A DNA stretch of 64,000 bases, taken from Nymphaea colorata (taxonomy: Eukaryota). Below are positions 13,410 to 29,039 of this stretch, piece by piece. Where the stretch lies: the NCBI RefSeq assembly GCF_008831285.2, contig NC_045138.2, forward strand, positions 1,178,001-1,242,000, written 5' to 3'. Within the stretch, counting starts at the first letter, position 1. Each line of letters starts with the position of its first letter. The notes under the pieces were generated by a model. It was not told the origin of the DNA. It saw only the letters and a program-made list of their open reading frames with translations, and made no database searches. A program made the translations under genes and the position numbers.

Positions 13410-14642
13410 CTATTCCATTTCGATGAAATAACTACATACGCTATATGATTTCTATATGCCGTCGCCAAAATTAGATCAGATTTGTTTGACAAATTTATTT
13501 TACTCGTACATCGATCTACATAGAGATGAGCAAAAGTGTCTGTCGTTTTCTTCGTCTTCCTCACACCACCAACCTTTCTTAACCTCTTGCCAGCCTGCCG
13601 GCACTCATCATCAGCATAGTACGATGGCTGAGGCTATAGGAGTCCGTCTGCAATCCATAGGTTCCTTTGCATTTGCACAGCCTTCTTCTTGCTTTTGACC
13701 AGGCTGGCATCTCTGCCATCGCCGGCTTTAGCGGCTCTCTCCTGCCATTTCATGTCTGCAATTGTTGATGACCCTTGTTCTCATAGGAGAAAAATTCCAC
13801 GAGCATACATGGCTTCCGTGCAGCCTTCCTCGGTAGCTGCCGCTAGGTGCAACTTGCCCTTTTCCTTTCTCCTTTTATTATAACATTCAACCTGCAGACC
13901 CACCAACGCAGAAAACATAGAATGCAAAAACAAGTTATATATACACCGCAGATTTATGAAAAATGAAAGAAAGAGGCAGAATTGATTTGATATGATTTTT
14001 AAAGAGTTTTCCATCTTAGAAACAAGAAGAAAAGGCATGAAGGGTTTGATATAGTGCTAAATTTAGTAAAGTAATTATTTTTTTCCTTAATTCATGAATG
14101 CATTGCAGTATTTGCTGATAGCTTATAAAGCGTTGTTTCAAATTTGGCATGTGTTGCAACCTATGAAGATAACAGAAGAACATTCTCACATGAAAAGATT
14201 AAACCTGTAATATGTAAAAAAGAACCACAAATTCTTATCATGCCAAGAACATATGTTGCAATTTGATTTCTTGTCTCTGCACAATCCAATATCAACGTCA
14301 ATGAGCCCTATTGGTACAGCCACCAGCCCAACCTTCGAGATCCATCCATAATGGTGGCTCATCTGAGCACCCATCTATCCCATGTAGCTTCACGTAGTAT
14401 CTTGCACCTGTGCATTTTATTTGAATGAAACCATTTAGAGAATCCATCCAAGGTGCTTCAAAGTTTATTCTGTTGTAGATGACAGAAAATTTATGTGAAC
14501 TTCATGTTGACAAGATCAGGAACCGAGAACATATCCGGTAACAAAGAAACAATGCATGCTACGATCTTGACAACGACTTTTCCTTGAAGAACAATAAGAG
14601 TCATCGGTCTCTTCGTGGAGCCTTCTTCATGATCTTGCCCAT
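13410..14642 (-). pseudogene. At1g67623-like F-box pseudogene, copy 3 (most complete)
   Basis: ATG at 14642; three exons. Exon 3 starts after ctgcag: VECYNKRRKEKGKLHLAAATEEGCTEAMYARGIFLL*, then GWCEEDEENDRHFCSSLCRSMYE*NKF. Motifs match my recollection of At1g67623-like F-box proteins. Several stops and frameshifts. Confidence 0.75.
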
Positions 14643-14778
14643 GGTGTTCCTCCTACCCTCTCATACTAAATTCTTCAATTCGTAAAAACCACTTGCTCTC
14701 TCTCTCTTTCCCTCTCTCTTTTATATTTATGAAGAGATAGTTTTTTCACAATGCTTTATAACCGAAGAAACTACATGC

Positions 14779-15623
14779 CTAAGAGTAAAATTCCAAGTGC
14801 ATACATGGCTTCCGTGCAGTCTTCCTCTGTAGTTTCTGCTAGGTGCAACTTGCCCTTTTCCTTTCTCCTCTTATTATAGCATTCAACTTGCAGGCCCACC
14901 AACAAAGAAAACATAGAATGCATAAACATATTATACATACGCCGCATATTTATGAAAAAGGAAAGAGAGAGGCAAAATTGATTAGATATAGTTTTTAAAG
15001 AGTTTCTCATCTTAGAAACAAGAAAAAAAGGCGTGAAGAGTTTCATATACTACTAAAATTTAGTAAAGTAATTATACTTTTCCTTAATTCAGGGATGCAT
15101 TGGGGTACTTGCGGATAGCTTATAAAGAGTTGTTTCAAATTGGGCATGTGTTGCAACCTATGAAGATAACAGAAAAACATTATCACATGAAAAGATTAAA
15201 CCTGTAATATGGAAAAAAGAACCACAAATTCATATGAAGCCTAGGGCACATGCCACTAGTTGATTTCATACCTCTGCATGATCCATTACAAATGGCCATG
15301 AGCCCTATGGTACAACCACCAGCCTAGCCTTCGAGATCCATCCACAATGGTGGCTCATCTAAGCACCCATCAATCCCTTGCAGCTTCACGCAACATCTTG
15401 CACCTGTGCACCTCATTTGAATGAAACTCTTCAGATAATCCACGCAAAGTGCTTGAAAGTTGAATATGTTGGACATCATAGAAAACTTACGTGAACTTCA
15501 TGTTGGCAAGATTATGAACCAACAACATGGTCGGCAATCTATGATCTCTGCAATGACTTCTCTTGAAAGAACATCAAATTTCACTGGTCTCTTTGTGGCA
15601 GCCTTCTTTATGATCTTGCTCAT
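14779..15623 (-). pseudogene. At1g67623-like F-box pseudogene, copy 4 (3' truncated)
   Basis: ATG at 15623; intron-1 donor intact (AC|GTAAG); shared exon-2 TGA; exon 3 VECYNKRRKEKGKLHLAETTEEDCTEAMYALGILL ends at a 49-bp unit. Confidence 0.7.
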
Positions 15624-15906
15624 GGTGCTCCTCCTCCCCTCTCATACTAAATTGCTCAAATTCATAACAACCAGTCTCTTTCTCTTTTATATTTATGAAG
15701 AAATAATTTCTTTACAATGCTTCATAGCCGAATAAACTACTTGTCTATTTATGCACACCTATTTCTTCAATTAGAAAGCATTGTGAAGGTATGCATAAAT
15801 AGAAATCTAATGCTTTCTAATCGAAGAAACTACTTGCCACCTGCCTATCTATGCACACCTTCACAACGCTTTCCAATCGAAAAAACAGATGTGAGACTGG
15901 TTCTTA

Positions 15907-16708
15907 TGAATAGCTAAGTAGTTTTTTCGGTTAAAAAGCATTGTGAAAGTATGCATAAATAGCAGGTAGTTTTTTCGGTTAGAAAACATTGTGAAAGTAT
16001 GCTTAAATAGCAGGTAGTTTTTTCGGTTAGAAAGCATTATGAAAGTGTGCATAAATATAGGTAATTTTTTCAGTTAGGAAACATTTTGTGAATGTATACA
16101 TAAATAGGCAGATAGTTTCTTCGGTTAAAAAGCATTGTAAAGGCATGCATAAATAGGCAGGTAGTTTGTTTGGTTAGAAAACATTATGAAGGTGTGCATA
16201 AATAGGGAGGCAGTTTCTTCGATTAAGAAGCATTGTGAAGAAAACTACCTCTTCACTCTGCAATCGAAGCGATTATTTGGTATAGCAAGAGGAGAAAGAC
16301 AACCGTTACATGGGAATCACTGGAAGCTTTGTGAATGTGTACATAAATAGGCAGATAGTTTCTTCGGTTAAAAAACATTGTAAAGACATGCATAAATAGG
16401 CAGATAATTTCTTCTATTAAAAAGCATTGTAAACGCATGCATAAATAGGCAGGTAGTTTGTTTGGTTAGAAAACATTATGAAGGTGTGCATAAATAGGGA
16501 TGTAGTTTCTTCGGTTAAGAAGCATTGTGAAGAAAACTACCTCTTCACTCTGCAATCGAAGCGATTATTTGGTATAGCAAGAGGAGAAAGACAACCGTTG
16601 CATGGGAATCACTGGAAACAACAGAGAGCGATTTCTTTTGTTGGTCTCGTTAAGGTCCAAATGAGTTCAGACTTTGGCATGAATCCAACCTAAAATTGTA
16701 CATACGAG
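15907..16708 (-). repeat. Inverted 49-bp arrays and right arm of the inverted repeat; internally duplicated (16088-16327 / 16330-16616)
   Basis: Units read gcattgtgaaggtatgcataaataggcaggtagttttttcggttagaaa, the reverse complement of the 10-13 kb units, followed by the reverse complement of 9992-10160. Confidence 0.9.
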
Positions 16709-16849
16709 TAGTTATGCTCGAGTCAATGTGATAAGGATGTCAACAAACGGGATATAAATAAATTAATGCCTGATCAGACCACATTAAATCAGTCGGATAT
16801 GGAAAATATTTTCAAAATACAATAGAAAGCCAAAATTCAGATTTGAAAA

Positions 16850-17232
16850 AAGATGCATTTGTCAGCAAAGTTGATGTTAACTTTGATGATGGCCACTATA
16901 ACAGTGGTTGTAGTGGAGATAGATATAAAAAGAAAGTAGTCATGAATCGTGATTGTTAACCTACTTACAAAACATAATAGTAGTTACGAACCAAATATGA
17001 TTATCTTTCCAATCTTTTGGAACAAAAGCCAACTATGTATAGTAATAATAATAAAAAAAAAGAAACATGCATCTATGTGAGCCATCGAAAGACTTCTGTT
17101 GCAGGAAATTAGTTAGAAAACTAGTGGCACAGAAAATCACAATGGTCGGTAGGTAGAATGTCTATGCATGCTGCGAGGTCCACTACGTAATGCAGCAAGG
17201 AAGGGATAAGGAGCTGTCCTCTATTCATTAGA
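16850..17232 (+). repeat. Block Z, direct copy at 48253-48637
   Basis: Colinear, e.g. cctacttacaaaacataatag...ccaaatatgattatctttccaatc in both copies. Confidence 0.9.
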
Positions 17233-17644
17233 ACAATTCAGTTCCAAGAGGCCTTAGCTGCATACCTTGTACTGTTAAAAAGGTATAGTAAGTTAAACCT
17301 TCGCTTAAAGTTAAAATTTAAACTTTAAAGTGTGTATTTTGCAATTTAACCTTATGAAGTGATCTTAAGAATGGGTTGATGCAAAACGCATATGAAGCTG
17401 GCTATTTTTTGGTTTTCTAATAGTACTTTTGTAATATGTAAAAATGAGTGGCTCCCATAGCATCAATATTTTGATAATAAAAAAATCTTAATTTTTCACA
17501 AAAACAACTTGAATCAAAGTATAAAATATCAAAATAATTTTTTATAAATATATTAAGATGTTTATATTTATTTAAAATAAAAAATTTTAAAGAAAAATTA
17601 AAGGGTCTGTTCTTTGTCATTGCTTTAAGGGTTTGGTTTTTACT

Positions 17645-17707
<63 letters not shown>

Positions 17708-18109
17708 TACGAGAAGTAATTAAAAAACTTAACCATTATTAGCATCAAGTGATCCCACATGTAAATCAACAACTCCTGTGAGAGTATGTGGGCAACTGTC
17801 CACATAAGCCCACGTGCAAGTCTGTTCTGTTGGAAGCTGGTTCATCAATATCTTTCCGATGATTCCTTTATAGGCAATGGGCCTGGGCTCAACTTATACT
17901 CGGCCAGGCTTGAGGGCCGGCTATGAAAAATGACCTTCCAACCAGCCAGGACCGATAACCCACACAGTGAGGGGGGTGTGGGTTTCTGTCCAAATGATTG
18001 CTTTTATTTAAGGAATTCAAGCTGAACTTCTATATTGTTATCCGCAAGAACATATCATCTAGTTTTGCTAGACAATATGTATTTGTTGGTAGTGATAGAA
18101 AGGAAAATG

Positions 18110-18450
18110 AGTATATATATATATAAGAAAGTTGGTAAAAGCCAAACCACTTGAGTAAGAAACAAAAACCAGACCTATTGAAATTACTTATAAAAATAAT
18201 TCTTTTGTAATCTAACGCCATAGATATAATCTTAACAGTATTTAGAGGTGAAACATATATTAAGTTAGTCATTTTTTTATTTAACTAATATTTTTCTAAT
18301 AGTAAAAAAAATAACCGGCTCTCCTAATATCAAAATTTTGGTAGTATAAAAATCAAATTTTTTACAAAAGTGACTTGACGTAAAACATGATTTATATTAA
18401 ATTAGTATCTACAAATACATTAAATGGGTCATATTTTGTTTAAAATACTT
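18110..18450. repeat. Dispersed AT-rich repeat; diverged inverted copy at ~26400-26702
   Basis: aaaccacttgagtaagaaacaaaa vs ttttgtttcttacttaagtggttt, and atcaaaattttggtagtataaa vs tttatactaccaaaattttgat. Confidence 0.7.
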
Positions 18451-18507
18451 TTTAACATAAACTTAAAAGGTCGTTTTTATCCCTGACCCAATTGGTATGG
18501 TATCTAC

Positions 18508-18544
<37 letters not shown>

Positions 18545-19864
18545 TATAGATATATATATATAGATTGGTCGACATCGACCCCATTCAACCATTGCAAAGG
18601 CACACATAAAAGGTATCACCTTGACTACGTGATCAGTCTATTAGAATTTCAAAACTATATATATTCAATCGATTTATATTTTCAAAATAAAAGTGAATAA
18701 ATTGTGGCTTTTTTTAATTTAAAACAAATAAAGAAAATCTTCAAGTCTGAAAGGAGAAGCTTATGTTTCTTTAGGATTATAAAGTCTCTTTTATATGGGA
18801 TCCATCACCATTGCATTTCACCATTATATGAAACAATTGTCAAATCCTGATTATGTAGCCAAAACTTTATATGACCTCGAATTGTCAGATTCAAAGTTCC
18901 ATGTAGTCTCAAATCACGTCAAATATCATGTCCAAATGCTCATAGATTTCACTACTTTAAACACTTTCCAGACAACAAAACATGACCTCAAATCATTGGA
19001 TTTGAAATTCCTTATAATATCAAGTCACGTCAAATCTGAGATTCAAATGCTCCTATTTCACTACTTTAATCACTTTCCAGCAAGCAAATTTTAAGTTTTT
19101 TTTTTTTTTTGTCTTTTGATAGATCTCATGCAATGAAGTGCTCCGCACCAATATTGAATCCTAAATTGAATGCAACGATTCATCGGTTCTTCGAATCAGT
19201 TGTGAACTAGATAAAAATGTTGAAAATATATTATTTTCATGAAATACTTATGAAAAATACAAAAGTTAATTCAATATATAAAATATTATTATATTTGTAA
19301 AAAATAATAGGGGCAACCTGATATAAAAAACAATTAAAGTTTGCGTGCTAATCACTCCATTCATTCAAATCAGTAGACTATCTGGAAGGGTTGTAGTCCA
19401 CTGGAAAGCAAGTTCAAAAGGATTCTAATTACAATTCCTATGATAGTTGGCCTGGCACAGTGTGCTACCACAGTTGAGAATTTTCTTGAAAAATCAAACA
19501 TTTCCATGGCTTTTGAGAGTTTTCCTTTTTTCAGAAAAAATCCAACCCTTCAACCAAAAAAATAATTAGAAAAGCCAAATTCGTTAACATCTCAACATAG
19601 TTTTAAAGTCGTTAATGGCATTTCTATCGAATACCCATTTCCCGTATCAGTAGTTTTTAACGGATCTTCTTACACTGACAAGATTGGAAAAGATAATCAT
19701 AGAAATGAAAGATTGTTGTCACTTCTTAGGTTGGTACGATCCGACCATGGAATGATGGAAAGGCTCAAGAAAAAATGGCAGAATCGTAACTTGCAAGGCG
19801 CTCTTAAACTACTAGAAATATCAAAAATATCTTCCTCCCTCTCGGAAGATGAAAGGAAATTCAA

Positions 19865-19884
19865 AAACCAGCAAAACCACGAGC
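19865..19884 (+). promoter_or_regulatory. Two anaerobic-response GT motifs (AAACCA), the second HRPE-like, in the ADH promoter
   Basis: AAACCA at 19865 and AAACCACGAGC at 19874, ~190 bp upstream of the TATA box. AAACCA/TGGTTT is the established ARE core of plant Adh promoters. Confidence 0.55.
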
Positions 19885-20060
19885 GGTATGCTGTCTAATC
19901 TGAGGCGCCGTTGGATCTTTGAGCGAAAAAGCGAAAAACAAAACTCTCCAGGGACAATCAATGAAGAGGAAGCCGTATTGACGCGTGCTTCCTCCCAAAA
20001 AAACAAGCGCGATCAGTCTCTCTCTTTCTTTCTCTCCGTTTAAGCCCCCTATGCTAAAGT

Positions 20061-20068
20061 TATAAATA
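20061..20068 (+). promoter_or_regulatory. TATA box of ADH
   Basis: TATAAATA 95 bp upstream of the ATG. Confidence 0.75.
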
Positions 20069-20155
20069 ACTCTGAGCTCCTACTCTGGACATCGAAGTGA
20101 TTCGGATTGTTCAGGAAATACAGATCTTTACCTTGTTCGTCTCTGTTGAAGCGAA

Positions 20156-23019
<2,864 letters not shown>

Positions 23020-23744
23020 GCACGGAGGATGAGGAACCCGTGCTGCGAAACTTACAGATAATAAAGTAGGAGATGCTGTTGTGTTGCTTCATTGCTGCTT
23101 CTCGGAAGAGTCAAGCGATTTTTTCTTTTGCAGGGAGTCCAAATTGTTGAGTTATTTTGGTTGTTTTGTGTCAAAGCCGCCGTCTCTTCTATGCTGTATG
23201 GATTCTGGTTGTATACTTGGAAGTTCCCTTCATACTACTCCCTTATTAATCTTTGTTTATCTACTTTGTTTTCTGAAAATTTTAAAAGGAACACAGTACG
23301 CAGTCTCTTTCGTATTCCTTAAGATTTAAGCAAAGAAACTCTTCCCTTTGTTACTTATGTTCATAAAATATAAAATCTGCTGAACAGAAGCTACGGAGAT
23401 AAATTTAGAGAGCACAAAAAAATGAGTCTGCTTAAATTATTTCGTTCTCCTGCGACCAATTCCTTGTCACTCGATTCATTGTCAAGTATAAATAGATATA
23501 GTGGTGAAGAAACTTCCGAACTGCTTGCCGTGTATCTGATACCCGACAGTGATAGTCCTTCGACAGTGATAGTCCTTGAAGGCAATTAATTAAGCGAAAC
23601 AAGAAATCACTCGAGCTCATGTGATCATAAAATCTTGGCATCTGTCCAAATTTGGCTCACTCGAGAAATCCAAATGAGATTGACAATTACATACATCTAA
23701 CTAAGGAGACACCTCAATAAGGAAGGAGATACCTTCAAGAAGCC

Positions 23745-24210
23745 GAAGCTTCTCTTTCTTGTTCAACTTATCTCGGGGTTCAGAGCTGCTTAACGAGTTA
23801 GGTGGAGAGTAAAACACTTGAAGCTTCTCTTTCTCGTTCAACTTATCTCGGGGTTCAGAGCTGCTTAATGAGTTAGGTGGAGAGTGAAACACTTGTTAAC
23901 TAAGCATCACATACCCATTATTTACAGTTCAAAAGAATTTTACGGTAAGAATCGATTTGATTTCATTGTTTTGTCAATTTGACCAACTGAACCAAAACAA
24001 GAAATGGACAAATGGAGAGTAAAACACTTATTAACTAAGCATCACATATCCATTATTTACAGTTGAGAAGAATTAAGCATCACATATCCATTATTTACAG
24101 TTTAGAAGAATTTTACTGTTCAGAAGAATCATACTCATGAAAATTGAATTGATGATCGACCTTTCACTGTCCTGCCAGTTTGACCAACTGAACTAAATCA
24201 ACAAATGGAC
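23745..24210. repeat. Nested short tandem duplications (75 bp x2, then taagcatcacat...tttacagtt x3)
   Basis: gaagcttctctttc...ggagagt(a/g)aaacactt at 23745 and 23820. Confidence 0.85.
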
Positions 24211-26903
24211 GATTGATGGTGATCCCACAATGTGATAAATTTTCAATAATTAAGTCTAGAGGCTTCCCGCTGTATTCTGAAGCTGTTCAACTACTATAGA
24301 AACATGCCCACAATTTGTCGTCTTCGTCATAACTTTCTTCCCGTCTTTGTCGCCACTTCACCACGTACTCCAACTAATCTCTTTCTCTCTCTCTCTCAAA
24401 CTCTCTCAAGCCAGTATAACGAAATTTTAAAATGGAATTCAGTTGTCAAGTTTTGTTCCTTCCTTTTATTATCATTTATAAAAAATAAAATAATCAAGAT
24501 GATTGTTAAAAAAGAAAAAAAGAAGAAAAAACTGGTTTTCAAACGAACAATCCTAACTTTTAGGCTTGTACTCAATTTAAGCATCAAATTTTCAAGATTG
24601 GTTTTTGTTCATTTTCAATTTTTTATATACCTTTTACCTATTTATATGATTACATGTATGAGGAATGACTTAAGAGACTGATAGGCATGCACAAGTAATA
24701 TATATGGAGAGAGACATATATTCTATACGTAAGAAGAGAGAGAGAGCCGTCCACTAATTTAGTTTGGGCAACTTGTCAAGATAATAGATACGTGAGCATT
24801 TTGAACTTTGAAGCCCGCATTAAGGAGCTTTAGAAAGAAAAAAAAATCAGTGTTGGTGTCAATTTGTTCAAATTATCAAGAGACGTCAGCTGGTTGAAAA
24901 CTGCAATACGGGTTTAAGAAAAATCAAAGTTTGTGTGAACTTTTTTTTTTAAGATGAAAACGCCCGTCTATGCATCTAAAAGGTTTCTTTAATTCTTGCA
25001 TTTTTCGGACACGAATAATGTATCTATTTAGTTAATTTTGAAAAAAAAAACATATACACAAGGATATGAACGTTAAATACGGAGTAGTGAAATATATAAA
25101 ATCACTAAAACTTATATTCTATAAAATTGTTTCAAAAATAATTGCATCAATATATATTTGAAATCTTTGGATTTCTTTTTGTCTGGGTTTGGACAGAAAA
25201 ATCTTTCTAATATATTATACGTGACAGTATATTTTAATCATGTTTGTTAATGCAATGCATTAGGTGGTTATGATTGGATTGAGGTTTCGATAAAGATCTC
25301 ACCATATATATATATATATAAATGGTGACTGATTTTTTTAGAGTCACCCAACCATCTAATGAAAATCGTTCGATCAAACATGATGGACGACTAGAGAAAA
25401 ATAAGGTGAAAAAGATGATGAACATTTTGGTCATCTAATATTAGTTCATACTTTTTCTTTATATTCTTTTCTCAACCATCTACTTATGTCAGATGGACGG
25501 CTCTAATTAAATGGCTCTTTGAATAGGCAGAGTTCACTCACTCATAATGCATTAGTAAAAAAAAAAAGTTCAAAGTTCTTAAGAAAAAGTTAATAGAGGA
25601 CATCCATTAGTCTTCAATCAGCCGCCGAATTAAATCAGACGTCATCAATTTGGTTCGAATATGCCAGTTGAGGAATCTGCCAAACATATATATTCTTTTC
25701 TCTGAAACCGCCATAGACAGCAAAAACTCCACCAGTTCCCAACTAGTAATCAGCATTAACTTTGATCAGAGATCCACACTTGAAGGCAATTTTGCTAGGC
25801 TTTATGTAATTGGATTTTTAGCAACCGAATCAAAATCTAATTAACATAATGTCCGTAAACTGGCTTCAATCCTTATCGATCCCAGTCGAACCCACTGGCC
25901 GTGAGAGGCATCACTTAATTGGTAAACTGGTGGGTCAGTTTGATAAACTACAAATGGAGTATGTGTGACACTTTGGTTGATGGTTGTTTCTTTTTCTACT
26001 TAAACCCAAAAACAACTCTGAACCCAAAGGGCAAGAAAGAAAAGGACGAAGAAAAGACTTTGGCCTCTTAATAATATCTTCTCAACACTGAATTTGGATT
26101 CAATCATGAAACTTCATTCTAAATTTATATTTTATTAATAGTATTCTGGTTTTCTCTATTTGATACTACTTCGTGAATTCCAAACCAACGCCAATTCTTT
26201 TAATTGTTAATGAATGACAACCCATGTTACGAAGAGTCAATAAACTTATGAGGTTAGTCCAATCCATCGTGAAGGACGATTAACAGAAAATAAGTTTAAA
26301 AATGTAATGTATCATTTAGTATTAGTTCATGAATGATTGATAGGTACCTGACTACTTAGGTAAGGCATAAAATTCAGGCCTCTTAAATTCATGTTAAAAA
26401 TGGTTTCAAACAAAATATGAACGTTCTAATGTGTTCATAAACACTAATTTAATGTAAATCATGCTTTAGTTCAAGTTTTATAAAAAAATGATATTTATAC
26501 TACCAAAATTTTGATGTTATAAGAGCCGTTCATTTTTTGACTAATAAAAAACATTATTTAAGTAACAAAACAACCAAATTAATGGACCATATCTATAAGG
26601 TTGGTTTTCAAAAAAAAATTATTGTAATAATTAATATTAACATATCTGACTTTTGTTTCTTACTTAAGTGGTTTAGTTTTTATCAATTATATACATATAT
26701 ATCCGAAGAGTAGTAGAGGCGACCTAAAAAGCACATTCAGAAAACATGTTTAAAAAATATTTGGCAGTTTCATAAGTATTTTGATTATTAAACCCCGGAG
26801 GAACAATCTTCCCTTTCTCACCGATGAACCTCGAATTCACCTGGGCTTGTAACGTTCCCGAGCATAAAGCTTTTGTTAATGGCCTCATTTCTTCAAAGAA
26901 TGT

Positions 26904-27036
26904 CCGTCATATTTAAAAGTAATCAATCGAGCTAGTAAGGTATGACCAAAAGGCCTATTACATTTTTGGCCGTCATATTTAAAAGTAATCAATCGAGCTA
27001 GTAAGGTATGACCAAAAGGCCTATTACATTTTTGGC
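26904..27036. repeat. Perfect 66-bp tandem duplication
   Basis: ccgtcatatttaaaagtaatc...cctattacatttttgg at 26904 and 26970. Confidence 0.95.
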
Positions 27037-28520
27037 AAGGGATTATTATTTTTTTTTTAAATTTTTGCAGGGGCCAAGGTAAAATTCTTGAAACTATTAG
27101 CCAGTAAAATTTTATTTTTCAAAATTTGTCATGAGAAAACATAGTAGGGGAGCATCAAGGACTTCGTTTTTGATGGCTATCTAACTTCATTTCTATTTAA
27201 TTAGAAAAAGATTGTCTCCTTAAGGTTAGAGCTTTATTTATAATGATGATTATCAATAGCATTCATATTTGCGATTCAGGGGGACTCGGGATACCCCTTC
27301 TTACTTTTTCTATTGGGAAGTAAGGATGTCAATGGATTGGATTTAGATCTTATTCGATTGGATATTTGACTGAATTGCATACAAAAGATAGGATATGAAA
27401 AAAAAAATTTGACATCTGCACAAGAAATAAGATGGGATTCAGACATAAAAGATTGACATCTGATCAGAACTGGATTCAGATTTAAATAAATATCTGATCA
27501 GATTAGCATTCGAATTTAGTTCAAAACAAATGTCCCACATCCAATATCCATATATTCTGAAAGTGGGTTTTCAATTATATAACAATGCAGTTCGGATTTG
27601 TTTGTGTATTTAGTAGTTCGATTAAGATTCGTTTGCGAATACAAAAGTCAGATTAGAATCAGACTAAAAATTCAAATTTAACATTTAGAATGATCTTCAG
27701 TAAAATTTCATGAGATCACAGCCTAAATAAATTTTAGTCCCTTGCTGTTTCTTCCTATCACCATTCTCCTGAAGCTTAACGAGCAAGCTTTAAAACCCAA
27801 CTTTTTCCTTTCTATTCTGTATGATGGTTGAGTACTGAGTAGTTCGATAAGCAAAGAACTCACAGGCCAAGAACATGAGCTAATGTACCCGAAATTCACT
27901 ATAGGCGTGTAGTATTTGCACCATCCTGTACGATGGTCGAGTACTGAGTAGTTCGATCAGCGAAGAACTACTTATTAAAAAGAACTAAAATGCTTAAAAA
28001 TACAAAGGAGCTTATGTCTTATGACATAGGAAGGGGACTGAATTTGATATACTTTTAACAATATCAACCTTTTTGGACTCGGCTTAACTTGATTCAGTGT
28101 GCAGTTCTAGCCAAGTAGGATGGAGATATCCCCCTTGTTTATAAACAGATCAATGATGTACAAAATAAAGAATGAAAGGATAGGAAAAGAACAAATCACA
28201 AGCCCAAAGGAGCATGGCACAAGCAAACAGATGTTTAATGCATTGTGGTGCGATGTGATCTTTTTACTAATAATACTAATAATGATCTTAATTTGATATA
28301 CATTCTCTAATGCATGCTAGAGAAATGCTAATAATACTAATAATGATCTTTTTACTAACTTTTCCTTCGTTAGCAAAGTGACACCTTCAAGGGCTGTTGG
28401 AAGTGACAATATGTTATCGTTCTATGCACGTATTTACCTCAAAAGTTACTAGATATATGAAACAATAACATACTTTTACTGTTACCAAACAGCCCCGCAG
28501 TAACACATATAATTTTTTCT

Positions 28521-28523
<3 letters not shown>

Positions 28524-28584
<61 letters not shown>
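28524..28584. repeat. (TA)n microsatellite
   Basis: About 30 uninterrupted TA units. Confidence 0.95.
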
Positions 28585-28587
<3 letters not shown>

Positions 28588-29039
28588 CTAGCAGTGTATA
28601 GTATGTTGATCTGGCATCCATGCATTGCACATGGAGAACCATGCATGCCAAAAGTTAAGTAGCAGTTGGTCAGTTTGGTATGAGACATTATTGCGGCTAT
28701 AAAATGAGGCAAACCAACTTAGGCTAGACTTGAACTTGCTTATTAAAACCTGAGCTTGAACTCAGCTCTTTTATAATTGAGAAGACCTTGAGTTTAAATA
28801 TATGCACAAAATGTTAAATGAGTTGAATTCAAATTGTAAGAACTCAACTCAGTTAAACTCAGGTTTGGCTTGACTAAATAAAACTAAACAAGTTAACAAG
28901 TTAAACAAGTGACGTTAACTTAACATAAACGAGTTAAACAAGTTAAACGAATCTAGCTTGAACTTGATCCTATAAAAATGAGTTAAGCCAGTCTAACTTG
29001 ACCGCGATGCTATATCATCAAATTGAACTCGAGTATTTG

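Noticed and set aside
10448..15735. Plus-strand ORFs 10448, 11722, 13456, 13689, 15460
   Set aside because: Antisense shadows of the minus-strand F-box pseudogenes; they recur only because the DNA is duplicated.
10163..16541. Regularly spaced 49-bp repeats resembling a CRISPR array
   Set aside because: Units are contiguous with no unique spacers, there are no cas genes, and the context is a spliced plant genome; this is a minisatellite.
23720..23735. AAGGAGAT Shine-Dalgarno-like motif
   Set aside because: Chance match in eukaryotic intergenic DNA with no associated ORF.
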